From Myxococcota bacterium (GTDB lineage: Bacteria > Myxococcota_A > UBA796 > SXON01), in NCBI GenBank assembly GCA_040386535.1, contig JAZKFH010000013.1:32001-96000 (forward strand): a DNA stretch of 64,000 nucleotides, in the 5' to 3' direction. This document shows positions 17,255 through 26,316 of this stretch, piece after piece. The notes below the pieces were generated by a model. The model ran no database searches, was not told the origin of the DNA, and saw only the letters and a list, made by a program, of their open reading frames with translations. The position numbers were made by a program, and so were the translations under genes. Every line of letters begins with the position of its first letter. Positions within the stretch are counted from its first letter, which is position 1.

Positions 17255-17327
17255 GGCGTCGACCGGGTCCCGCCGGTGGGGCCCCCCTGGGGGGGACCGG
17301 CGGGGGGCCCCGGGCGGGTTCTCGCCG
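17255..17327 (-). repeat. Palindromic repeat, family B, copy 2
   Basis: Reverse complement GAGAACCCGCCCGGGGCCCCCCGCCGGTCCCCCCCAGGGGGGCCCCACCGGCGGGACCCGGTCGACG. Confidence 0.7.
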
Positions 17328-17358
17328 CTCCCCCCTCAGCGGCGCTACCGGGATGCGA

Positions 17359-18555
17359 TCAGAGCGCCTCGACGATCACGGCGATCCCCTGCCCGCCGCC
17401 AATACACGCCGACCCAAGCCCATACTTCCCACCCCGACGCCGCAGCTCGTGGATGAGCGTCCCCGTGATGCGCGCGCCCGAGGCGCCGAGCGGGTGGCCG
17501 AGCGCGATCGCGCCGCCGTTCACGTTGGTCTTGGTGCGGTCCAGGCCGAGCTCGCGCTCGACGGCGAGGTACTGGGGCGCGAAGGCCTCGTTGACCTCGA
17601 CGAGATCCATGTCCGCCACGCCGAGGCCCGTGCGCTCGAACGCGCGGCGGGCGGCCGGCACCGGGCCGATGCCCATGATCGTGGGGTCGCAGCCCGAGAT
17701 GCCCCAGCCGGTGAGGCGGGCGATCGGGGTGAGGCCGTGGGCGCGGGCCCACTCGCCGTCGGCCACGACGAGGCTGGCCGCGCCGTCACAGATGCCCGAC
17801 GCGTTGCCCGGGGTGATGAGGCCGTCCTTCTTGAAGACGGTGGGGAGCTTGGCGAGGCTCTCCATCGTGCTCTTGCGGGGATGCTCGTCGACCGAGAAGC
17901 TGATGTCGCCCTTGCGGGTCTTGATGATGAAGGGGACGATCTCGTCGTTGAAGCGACCGGCCTCCTGCGCGGCGGCCCAGCGCTCCTGGCTCATCAGCGC
18001 GACCTCGTCGACCTCGGCGCGGGTCAGGCCGTACTGCTCGCCGAGCTTCTCGGCGGTCATCGCCATCGGGAGGCCGGTCTGCGTGTCGGTGAGGCACTCC
18101 CACAACAGATCCTTGAGGACCGGGGGCTTGCCGAAGCGCGCCGCGCCGTCGCGAAGGCCGTGCATGACGTGGGGCGCCATGCTCATGGCCTCGGAGCCGC
18201 CCGCGAGCACGACGTTGGCCTGGCCGGTGAGGATCTGCTCGGCCGCGGTGATGACCGCCTGGAAGCCGGAGCCGCAGAGGCGGGCGACGCCGAGGGCGGG
18301 CACGTGCACGGGGATTCCGACGCGGAGGCCCACGTGGCGGGGCAGGTAGATGCCGTCGTTGCTGGTCTGGAGCACGTTTCCGTAGATGACGTGGTCGACC
18401 TGGTCGGGGGAGACCCCGGCGCGCTCGAGCGCGGCCTTGGCGGTCGGCACCGCGAGGTCCTGCGCGTTGATGTCCTTGAGGGCGCCGCCCTGGGCACCGA
18501 AGGCCGTGCGGACGGCGGAGAGGAAGACGATCTCGCGGGACTGGACGTTGAGCAT
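17359..18555 (-). CDS. Acetyl-CoA C-acyltransferase (thiolase)
   Basis: RLCGSGFQA, EVNEAFA, GGAIALGHPLGASG, SACIGGGQG. Confidence 0.96.
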   Translation of the reverse strand: MLNVQSREIVFLSAVRTAFGAQGGALKDINAQDLAVPTAKAALERAGVSPDQVDHVIYGNVLQTSNDGIYLPRHVGLRVGIPVHVPALGVARLCGSGFQAVITAAEQILTGQANVVLAGGSEAMSMAPHVMHGLRDGAARFGKPPVLKDLLWECLTDTQTGLPMAMTAEKLGEQYGLTRAEVDEVALMSQERWAAAQEAGRFNDEIVPFIIKTRKGDISFSVDEHPRKSTMESLAKLPTVFKKDGLITPGNASGICDGAASLVVADGEWARAHGLTPIARLTGWGISGCDPTIMGIGPVPAARRAFERTGLGVADMDLVEVNEAFAPQYLAVERELGLDRTKTNVNGGAIALGHPLGASGARITGTLIHELRRRGGKYGLGSACIGGGQGIAVIVEAL

Positions 18556-18731
18556 GTGGGCTCCGGTTGAGGGGCGCGATCTATCGCGACCGCACCCGTC
18601 CCGCCGCTGCTTCTATGCGCCAGCCGCGATCGAGGTTCCGACGGCCGGGCGGGCCACGATCGTGGCCCCGTGCGCCTTACAGACGTGTTTCGTACGCCCC
18701 GCGGGCCGCCGGGAGCTTGCTACGAGGGCGC

Positions 18732-19226
18732 ATGATGCTGCTCCTCACCCTCCTCCTCGGTTCGTTGGACGCCCACGCCGCGAAGCTCGAACGCCTCACG
18801 CTCGGCGTCGCGGGCAGCCTACGCGCCGGCGACCCCTCCTATCTCTCCCACCCCGTCGAGCTCTCCGTCACCAGCTTCGTGCTGCCCTGGCTCGCGTTCG
18901 AGGGCCGCGTCGGCGTCGCGCCCACCTGGAACAGCGGGTACCTCTACTACCCGGGCGAGGCGCGCGGCGTGCTCTCGACCGGCGCGCGCTTCGGCAAGGA
19001 GCAGGGGATCTACGGGGCCGTGAACGTCATCGGCTGGCTCTACGAGGCCGGCCACCACTGGGACGACCGCCACCGATACGGCCTGTTCGACTGGTGGAGC
19101 GTCGCGGCGCGCGGCGGTTGGCGCTTCCCGATGGGGAAGACGTCCTACGTCTCGCCCGAGCTCTACCTCGGAACGTACTTCGCGGGCGCCGGGGTGCACT
19201 TCGAGTGGGTGCTTGTGAAGAAGTAG
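18732..19226 (+). CDS. Hypothetical secreted protein, possible small outer-membrane beta-barrel
   Basis: Short signal peptide ending AHA; Gly/aromatic alternating strands; ends GVHFEWVLVKK. Confidence 0.65.
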   Translation: MMLLLTLLLGSLDAHAAKLERLTLGVAGSLRAGDPSYLSHPVELSVTSFVLPWLAFEGRVGVAPTWNSGYLYYPGEARGVLSTGARFGKEQGIYGAVNVIGWLYEAGHHWDDRHRYGLFDWWSVAARGGWRFPMGKTSYVSPELYLGTYFAGAGVHFEWVLVKK

Positions 19227-19350
19227 GCGGTCTTTGGGCGACCGCGTGGGCCGCGGTGCCCGGCGCGTTCGGCGATGCCCTGATCGCGAAACCCACGCGG
19301 CGCCGACCGCGGCCCGGCGACTACGCCGTTGCCCTTTCCACTCCGGGCCT

Positions 19351-19383
19351 TCGGGGCGTTGCGGGGGGGACCCCCGCCCCAAG
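19351..19383 (-). repeat. REP-like repeat, family A, copy 2
   Basis: Reverse complement CTTGGGGCGGGGGTCCCCCCCGCAACGCCCCGA, between convergent genes. Confidence 0.75.
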
Positions 19384-19400
19384 ATCGCCCAGACCGACGA

Positions 19401-20438
19401 CTACCGCAACGCGTCCAGAACGGCGGTCCCCGCCTCGTGCGTCGTGAGCGTGCCGCCGAGCTCGCGGGTGACCTGACCCTCGAGGAGGCAGGCCTGGACG
19501 GCGTTCTGGATGCGGCGCTCGTCCTGCGTGCGGCCGAGGTGCGCGAGCATCATGCCCGCGGTGAGGATGGCCGCGAGCGGGTTGGCGATGCCCTTGCCCG
19601 CGATGTCGGGGGCCGAGCCGTGCACGGGCTCGAAGAGCGCGGCCACGCCGGGGTTGATGTTGCCGCTGGACGCGAGGCCGATACCGCCCTGGAGCGCGGC
19701 GCCGAGATCGGTCACGATGTCGCCGAACAGGTTGTTGGTGACGATGACCTCGAAGCTCTCGGGGGCCTGCACCATGCGCATGGTGAGCACGTCGACGTAG
19801 AGGTGGCTCGTCGTGATGCCGGGGTACTCCGCCGCGACTTCCTTGAAGGTGCGCTGCCAGAGCTCGTGGCCGTGGCGCATGGCGTTCGCCTTGTCGCTCA
19901 TGCACACCTTGGTCTTGCCGTTCTCGGTCGCCCATTTGAACGCGGCGCGGATGATGCGCTCGACGCCCTTGCGGGTGTTGATCTCCTGCTCGATGGCGAT
20001 CTCGTCGGGCGTGCCGTGCTTGAACTGCCCGCCGACCCCGGTGTAGAGCCCCTCCGTGTTCTCGCGGAACACGACGAAGTCGACATCCTCCGGGCGCTTG
20101 TCCTTGAGCGGGCAATAGCGCGCGTCGAGCAGGCGGATGGGCCGGAAGTTGATGTACAGATCGAGCTTGAAGCGGCTGCCGAGCAGGATGTCCTTGGCGT
20201 GGACGTTGCTCGGGACGCGGGGATCGCCGAGCGCGCCGAGGTACACGACGTCGAACTCGTCGCGGAAGCGCGCCAGCACGTCGTCCGGCATGGTCGTGCC
20301 GTCCCGCAGGTAGCGGTCGGCGCCGAGATCGAAGTGTTCGTAGGTCAGGTCGGGGGCGACGGCGGCGAGGACGCGGAGGCCCTCGGCGAGGACCTCGTGG
20401 CCGATTCCATCTCCGGGGAGGACGGCGACACTGGGCAT
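19401..20438 (-). CDS. leuB: 3-isopropylmalate dehydrogenase / beta-decarboxylating dehydrogenase family
   Basis: LPGDGIG, FRENTEGLY, DKAN, NLFGDIVTD, FEPVHGSAPDIAGKGIANP. Confidence 0.85.
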   Translation of the reverse strand: MPSVAVLPGDGIGHEVLAEGLRVLAAVAPDLTYEHFDLGADRYLRDGTTMPDDVLARFRDEFDVVYLGALGDPRVPSNVHAKDILLGSRFKLDLYINFRPIRLLDARYCPLKDKRPEDVDFVVFRENTEGLYTGVGGQFKHGTPDEIAIEQEINTRKGVERIIRAAFKWATENGKTKVCMSDKANAMRHGHELWQRTFKEVAAEYPGITTSHLYVDVLTMRMVQAPESFEVIVTNNLFGDIVTDLGAALQGGIGLASSGNINPGVAALFEPVHGSAPDIAGKGIANPLAAILTAGMMLAHLGRTQDERRIQNAVQACLLEGQVTRELGGTLTTHEAGTAVLDALR

Positions 20439-20528
20439 GCGAGACTCCGGGGGCAGGCGGGCGCTGAAAGCGCGGCCTTAACGAAAGAGGGGGCCGATGG
20501 CCCCCCGGATCTGACGCGACGTGCGCGA

Positions 20529-21542
20529 CTACTTGGCGGAGAGCAGCTCGTCGACGTGCAACGGGGTGGCGTCGGCCTCGGCGAAGCTGACCATGCGGCC
20601 CTTCGCGGGGTCCCACACCTTGAGGCGCAGGCACGCCATCACGTCGGAGGGGCGCCAGGAAGTGCGGCCCGGATCCTGGAGCTCGGGGAGCGCCGCCATG
20701 GCCTCGGGGAGCCGGTAGAACGGGATGCGGTGATTGAGGTGGTGCACGTGGTGGTAGCCGATGTTCCCGGTGAACCAGTGCATGACCGGGCCCATGTCGA
20801 ACATGCTCGACGAGCGGAGGGCCGCGAAGCTGTACTCCCAGTCACGACGGCCGCGGAGCTGCATGCTCGGGAAGTTGTGCTGGGCGTAGAAGAGGTAGGA
20901 GCCGAAGCCGCTCGCGAGGAACTGCGGGATCAGCACGGCGAATACCGCCACGTCCGCGCCGTAGAGCGCGCCGACGAGCCCCATGATGCCGAAGTGGATG
21001 ACCAGCGAGAGCATCCCGTGCCAGTGCACCTTGGGGGCGCGCAGGAACGCCGCGCTGCACATGCCGAGGATGAAGACGGTGACGTACCCGAACATCATGT
21101 TGAGCGGGTGCCGAACGAGCCGGTAGTCCCGACGCTGGTCGGGCGTCATCATGCGCCACATGTCGACCGTCACGATGGGGTAGGAGCCGATGGAGGCGCC
21201 CACGATCTTGGCGGTGTTCTTGTGGTGGTAGTCGTGGGTCTGGCGCCACACCGAGGGGGCCGACAGGGTCCAGTAGCCGATGAGCGGCATCACGGTCTTG
21301 CCGGCGCGCGACTGGAGGATCGCGCCGTGCGCGTAGTCGTGGAAGAAGATGAACAGCCGCACGATGGTCAGGCCGGCGAGCACCGAGCCGAGGAGGCGGA
21401 GCGGCCAGACGGGGGCGGCGGCGGCGAGCGCGACGAAGCTGCCGTATACGGCGAGGGTGATCGCGAGGAGACTCCAGCTCCGACCGCGCTCTTCCCGCGC
21501 GTAGGGCGAGCTCGCCCGTACCAGCTCAGGACCCGTGCGCAT
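20529..21542 (-). CDS. Membrane fatty acid desaturase
   Basis: His boxes HDYAH, HDYHH, HHVHH. Confidence 0.92.
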   Translation of the reverse strand: MRTGPELVRASSPYAREERGRSWSLLAITLAVYGSFVALAAAAPVWPLRLLGSVLAGLTIVRLFIFFHDYAHGAILQSRAGKTVMPLIGYWTLSAPSVWRQTHDYHHKNTAKIVGASIGSYPIVTVDMWRMMTPDQRRDYRLVRHPLNMMFGYVTVFILGMCSAAFLRAPKVHWHGMLSLVIHFGIMGLVGALYGADVAVFAVLIPQFLASGFGSYLFYAQHNFPSMQLRGRRDWEYSFAALRSSSMFDMGPVMHWFTGNIGYHHVHHLNHRIPFYRLPEAMAALPELQDPGRTSWRPSDVMACLRLKVWDPAKGRMVSFAEADATPLHVDELLSAK

Positions 21543-21636
21543 GTCTGAACCTCCGAACTGCCCCCTACCTACACGAACCGCTGACTCCGCACAAGCGCGG
21601 ATAGTGTCCTTTTTCCGAGATCTTATCGGGCTTTCT

Positions 21637-21652
21637 GACTGACCGGTCGGTC
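21637..21652. promoter_or_regulatory. Imperfect palindrome, possible TetR-type operator upstream of the desaturase
   Basis: GACTGACCGGTCGGTC in an AT-richer divergent intergenic region. Confidence 0.4.
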
Positions 21653-21731
21653 TTTCGGATCTTGACGGGGCAAGGGGCGGGTCAGTGCCGGGGCCATTGA
21701 CGCACGCGCCGGGGCGAAGCATCCTGAACGA

Positions 21732-22889
21732 ATGGACGGATACCGCATCCGGCGGGGTGGGTCGGAGAGGACGGTGGCCGGCGAGGCCGCGATACGCGCG
21801 CAGGTCGCGTCGGGAGAGGTGCGCCCGACCGACGAGGTGGCCACGGCCACGGGCTGGATCCGCGTCGATCAACATCCAGTGCTCCGCGCGGCGCTACGGG
21901 GCGCGGATCCCTGGGCGGCCTGGAGCGACGTGGAGAGCGTCGACGCCGCCTCGATCTACCGCAAGATGGTCGACACGCCGGCGCCCGACGAGGTCGCGGA
22001 GCTGCCGAGCGACGCGTTGACCCCGATGTTCGAAGCAAATGGCGGCGAGGTGGAACGGCGCGTCGTCGACCAGAACGAGGACACAGACAAGCCCTACGAG
22101 GTCGAGGCTACCGTCTCCGCCAAGCGGCCGCCGCCGCGCCCACCCGTCGCCATCGAGGCCGTGCGTGCCACGCGCCCCGTCGCGCCCCCGCCCTTCGAGC
22201 TGCCCTCCGATTCCGGCGCCGAGGTCATCAACTTTCCGCGCCAGCGCGCGCCCGCACGCGATCTCGTGCTCCCCCCGTCGTCGCGTCGCCCCAAGGCCCC
22301 GCCGCCCCTCGTGCGCACCTCCCGGGTGGTGTCGATGGTGCTCGTCGGCGTCTTCGCGGTGATGCTCGGCTACGCGTGGATCCGCATGAGCGCCTACACC
22401 GGCGCGGGGGCCGGCACGTTCGAGGCGCGCACCACGCCCGTGGTCCCGAGCGCCGAGGCGATGGCGCCCCCGTCCCCGCTCGTCGAGCTCGACGCGCAGC
22501 TCCGCGCCGACCTGACCCCCCACCCCCGCGACGTGAAAGCGAAGGGGGACCTCTCCAACGCGCTCATGATCGAGCTCTTGCGGCAGCGGCTCGACGTGGT
22601 CGACGCGACCGGCAACGTCACCAAGTGGATCGGCCGGAAGGGCGACGAGCCGAAGATCGCCGAGGTGCGCATCTCCTACCGGAGCGCCGGCGACATGAGC
22701 CGCGAGCTCGGCGCGATCGCGCTCGTGGTGGGGCGCTACAAGCGTTTCTACCGGATGGACGTGCCGGTGTTCGAGGTGACCGAGCTCGGGACGCGCGGCG
22801 TCACGAAGATCGACGCCGAGAAGGCGGAGGCCTACTACCAGGCCCGGCTCACGCTCGAAGGGCTGCTGACCTCGCTGACGGGGCCCTGA
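21732..22889 (+). CDS. Hypothetical bitopic membrane protein: GYF_2-like N-terminus, Pro-rich linker, TM, periplasmic domain
   Basis: IRAQVASGEVRPTDEV…GW…HPVL pattern; TM VVSMVLVGVFAVMLGYAWI. Confidence 0.7.
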   Translation: MDGYRIRRGGSERTVAGEAAIRAQVASGEVRPTDEVATATGWIRVDQHPVLRAALRGADPWAAWSDVESVDAASIYRKMVDTPAPDEVAELPSDALTPMFEANGGEVERRVVDQNEDTDKPYEVEATVSAKRPPPRPPVAIEAVRATRPVAPPPFELPSDSGAEVINFPRQRAPARDLVLPPSSRRPKAPPPLVRTSRVVSMVLVGVFAVMLGYAWIRMSAYTGAGAGTFEARTTPVVPSAEAMAPPSPLVELDAQLRADLTPHPRDVKAKGDLSNALMIELLRQRLDVVDATGNVTKWIGRKGDEPKIAEVRISYRSAGDMSRELGAIALVVGRYKRFYRMDVPVFEVTELGTRGVTKIDAEKAEAYYQARLTLEGLLTSLTGP

Positions 22890-22907
22890 TCCTCGCGCCG
22901 TCGGGGC

Positions 22908-23438
22908 TCACATCCCCGCGCGCGTCACCTGCTGGAGCGCCTGGACCGAACGCACGATCGCGGCGACGCTCGGGGTGCCCCGGTTGCCGAGCCGGATCTT
23001 CCGTTCGGGGTTCACGAGGTAGACCGTGCGCAGGTACATCGGCGCGGTCGGGATCTGGAGGCAGGACTTGAACTGCCGCGCCACGGAGCCGCCGCGATCG
23101 GTCAGGAGCGGAAAGGTCAGCCCGAGCTCCTTGGCGAACGCCTCGTGGCTCGGCCCCTCGGCGGGGTTGAACGCGTAGATCTTCACGCCCAGCCGCGTGA
23201 AGTCGGCGGCGTGCTCCTGGAACGACGTGAGCTGGACACGATCCTCCTCGCCCCCGTCCTGCGGGTAGAAGACCATCACCGACCAGTGCTTCCCGTGCCG
23301 GTGCCAGGAGTTGTCCCAGCTCTGGAGGTGCCACTCCGGGGCGGTCTCGCCCTCGGGGAGCAGCGTGGGGTACACCCGCTCCTGGATGCCGCGCTTGAGC
23401 GGGGCCGGGAGGCGGGAGAGCGATTGGCGGATGGACAT
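22908..23438 (-). CDS. Peroxiredoxin (BCP/AhpC-TSA)-fold protein lacking the peroxidatic Cys
   Basis: APEW…VMVFYPQDGGEED…LTFPLLTD…RTVYLV. Confidence 0.8.
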   Translation of the reverse strand: MSIRQSLSRLPAPLKRGIQERVYPTLLPEGETAPEWHLQSWDNSWHRHGKHWSVMVFYPQDGGEEDRVQLTSFQEHAADFTRLGVKIYAFNPAEGPSHEAFAKELGLTFPLLTDRGGSVARQFKSCLQIPTAPMYLRTVYLVNPERKIRLGNRGTPSVAAIVRSVQALQQVTRAGM

Positions 23439-23477
23439 CGGGCGGCCCTCGAGGCCGCTTGGATAGTCACCGAAGCC

Positions 23478-24506
23478 CTAGAGTGCCACCCGCAGCCCGA
23501 GGTGACCGGCGTACGTGTCGTCGAACCCCACGTTCAGGTGGCCGTACACCTTGACCCACAAGACGTTGATCTGGGCGCCGGCGAACACGCGGGGGGTGTA
23601 GAGGGATTCGGCGTCGCCGGAGGAGGCGAGCGTCGCGGACACCGTGCCGATCTGCATCTCGCGCCCCTGGGACGACGCCGTGAGCGGGCCGCCGAGCGAG
23701 GCCTCGCCGCGCGCGTTCGCCTCGCGTCGGATGTCGAGCGCGCCGCCCGCGTACACGCTGACCACGAACACGCGGAGGTTGGTGGAGACCTCGATGGGGA
23801 TGGTGTGGCTGGCCGCCGCGATGTCGAAGGTGCCCTGCGCGTCCCAGCGCAATCCGTCGGTCTCGACGGGCAGCGCCTGGGCGAGGCTGAGCCGGTACGT
23901 CGAGACCTCGTAGCCGCCCGTGACGTCGAGACCGCCCCACTCCACGAGGCCCTCGTGCTCGGGCCGGATGAGCTTGATCTGCACGTGCGCGCCGACGTTG
24001 GAGAGCTCCGCGTCGAACAAACCCGCCGCGCCCTTGGCGTACATGCCGTTGGCCGAGATGACGACCCGACGGAGCACGCTCTCGTCGTCGGCGAGGAAGC
24101 CGAGGTTGAGGCCGGCGTTGGCCGCCGCCTGGAACGCGAAGCCGGCGGTCGGCATCGTGTCGGAGCCGCGCACGAAGGTGAACCCCGCGCCGTTGACCGC
24201 GGTGCCGAGCGCCGCGCCGGCGAAGAAGCGCTGCGGGTTGGACGCGTAGTCCGCGCCCATGCCCTTGGTGGCGAACGCGTTCGCGGTCGCCATCTGGCGG
24301 AGGAAGGCCTCCGGCGCGTCCATTTTGAGGGCGCCGTCCGTGGCGTTCCGGATCTCGGCGCGCACCTGTTCCGGGTCGACCCCCGCCTGCCGCGCGAGGT
24401 CGGGATCGATGACCACGTCGATCTGCTGGCCCCACGCCTGCCCGGGCGCGGCGAGGGCGAGGCCGAGGAGCGGGGCGATCCACTTCCGGGGGGCGTGAGG
24501 GGCCAT
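23478..24506 (-). CDS. Secreted/outer-membrane protein (resembles Lsa36-like surface proteins)
   Basis: Signal peptide ending AWG; MATANA…KGMGADYASNP; beta-strand-rich C-terminus ending GLRVAL. Confidence 0.65.
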   Translation of the reverse strand: MAPHAPRKWIAPLLGLALAAPGQAWGQQIDVVIDPDLARQAGVDPEQVRAEIRNATDGALKMDAPEAFLRQMATANAFATKGMGADYASNPQRFFAGAALGTAVNGAGFTFVRGSDTMPTAGFAFQAAANAGLNLGFLADDESVLRRVVISANGMYAKGAAGLFDAELSNVGAHVQIKLIRPEHEGLVEWGGLDVTGGYEVSTYRLSLAQALPVETDGLRWDAQGTFDIAAASHTIPIEVSTNLRVFVVSVYAGGALDIRREANARGEASLGGPLTASSQGREMQIGTVSATLASSGDAESLYTPRVFAGAQINVLWVKVYGHLNVGFDDTYAGHLGLRVAL

Positions 24507-24582
24507 CCCGGGATCATGCCCCGTCTCGTCCAGAAGCGCGAGCGCGAGCGCAGGGGCGCGAAAGCCTCCGGCGCGGCGCCGT

Positions 24583-26307
24583 TCAGGCCGGGTGCGCGCG
24601 CCGCCACGCCGCGAGCGCTACGAGCGCCCACTGCTGCCGGGCGGGCTGCCCGGGGCCGAGGAGACGGCGAACGTCCTCCGCGGGGACCAGGTCGGCCACC
24701 ATCTCCTGCACGCCCGCGAGGAGCGCGCCGTCCTCCAGCCACGCCTCGATCGGCAGGGTCATCCCGCGGTGGTCCGGGGGAGGGCCGTCGAGGCGCTCCG
24801 CGAGCCCCTCGACGAAGAGACCGCGCGGGCGCCGCACCTGGACGAGGTGGCCGACGGGCATCGACCCCACGAGCTTGACCAGGTGGGGATCGGCGAAGGG
24901 GCTCTGCGCGCGGACACCGTGCGCGGCGGTGACGCGGTCGAGCACGGCGAGGCCGCGCTCGGCATCCAGCCGGCGGTCGAGCCACAAGGAGCGGCCGGTC
25001 GGATCGCCCTCGGGCGCCTGTTCGGTCAACAAATCGACGCCGTCCCAGCACGAGCTGTCCGAATCGATCTCGGGGCGCCGGCGCAGGTACCGGTGGGCCC
25101 AGGGCTCGCCGCCGAAGCGCTCGACGCCCGCGCGCGCGGCGCGGCCGAAGAAGCCGATGCCGGGCACCGAGGCGGCGCGTTCGGCCAGCGGCACGGGCGG
25201 GCCGCCGTAGAGCCCGGCGCCGCCGACGCCGGTGAGGAGCACCTCGGCCGACCGGTCGGCCGCGGCGCGGGCGAGGACGTAGAGGCCCAGCGCCTCGGGC
25301 GTGAGCAGCGGCTCGCCGAGCGCGCCGATCTCGGCGAGCAGCGCGGGGACCTCCGCCGCGGTGATCGTGAGGGGGACGTGCTCCGCGTTGCAGCGGGCCG
25401 CGATCTGGGCGGCGCGCTCGCGCTCGTCGCCCGGGCCGTCCGCTCCGACGGTGAACGCGAGCACGCGTCCGCGCCGCCGCGCCGCGGTCCCAAGCAGGAG
25501 GGCCTCGGCGTAGAGGCCGCCGGACAAGGCGACGGCGACCGGGGCATCGACCGCGACGCGCTGCTGCACCGCGAGCTCGGTGGAGAAGCGCAGACTGCGG
25601 GCCCACCGGTAGCGCGCACCGTCGGCGCCGGGCGGGTTGGCCGAGTCCTCCCACCAGCGCGTGATCGCCGGCGCGCCGCCGGACCACACGAGCCGCTCGC
25701 CTGGGGCGAGCTTGTGGACGCCGCGCCACGGCGTACGCGGCGGCAACGACGCGCCGAGCGCGAGCGCTTCCCGATGCGCGTCCCGGTCGGGCGTGCGATC
25801 GACCCCGCCGTGCGCGAGGAGCGCCGCGGGCTCGCTCGCGACCAGCACCGTGCCGTCGGCAAGCGCCGCCCAGTGCAACGGGCGCTGCCCGGAGCGATCG
25901 CGCACCGCGTGGAGGCAGCGCGTGTGGCTGTCCCACGCGATCAGCGCGACGTCACCAGTGAGGCGTTCGAGCCCGGCTTCGAGGCCACGCGCCGCGAACA
26001 GGCATGCGACGATGCCGGCCGAGGACGCGGCTTCGGGGCTCTCGCCCCACGCGTGGAACTCTGCGAGCAGCGTCCGCGCGTTCAGGAGCTCGCCGTCCGT
26101 CGCGACGCACCAGCGCCCGGAGGGGTCCCAGGCGGGGTTGGCGCCTACCTCACCGGGCGCGCGCACCGTCGTGGCGAGCGCGCCGTCGGGGAAGTCCACC
26201 GCGACGCGCGCGTCCGGACCGCGGGCGTCGAGCGCGCGGATCATGCGAGGAAAAGGTGTGCGATCGGGCGGCCCGGACACACGAAACAGTCCGGCCAGGC
26301 CGCTCAT
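24583..26307 (-). CDS. Asparagine synthetase (AsnB)-like protein with degenerate catalytic motifs
   Basis: MSGLAG, RGPD, VRDRSGQRPL, LSGGLYA, LTGVGGAGLYGG, QSPFAD. Confidence 0.85.
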   Translation of the reverse strand: MSGLAGLFRVSGPPDRTPFPRMIRALDARGPDARVAVDFPDGALATTVRAPGEVGANPAWDPSGRWCVATDGELLNARTLLAEFHAWGESPEAASSAGIVACLFAARGLEAGLERLTGDVALIAWDSHTRCLHAVRDRSGQRPLHWAALADGTVLVASEPAALLAHGGVDRTPDRDAHREALALGASLPPRTPWRGVHKLAPGERLVWSGGAPAITRWWEDSANPPGADGARYRWARSLRFSTELAVQQRVAVDAPVAVALSGGLYAEALLLGTAARRRGRVLAFTVGADGPGDERERAAQIAARCNAEHVPLTITAAEVPALLAEIGALGEPLLTPEALGLYVLARAAADRSAEVLLTGVGGAGLYGGPPVPLAERAASVPGIGFFGRAARAGVERFGGEPWAHRYLRRRPEIDSDSSCWDGVDLLTEQAPEGDPTGRSLWLDRRLDAERGLAVLDRVTAAHGVRAQSPFADPHLVKLVGSMPVGHLVQVRRPRGLFVEGLAERLDGPPPDHRGMTLPIEAWLEDGALLAGVQEMVADLVPAEDVRRLLGPGQPARQQWALVALAAWRRAHPA

Positions 26308-26316
26308 CGAGCCGCT

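Noticed and set aside
24583..26307. Lasso peptide cyclase interpretation of the AsnB-like gene
   Set aside because: No leader peptidase, RRE protein or precursor is nearby, and the SGGLDS ATP-binding motif is itself degenerate.
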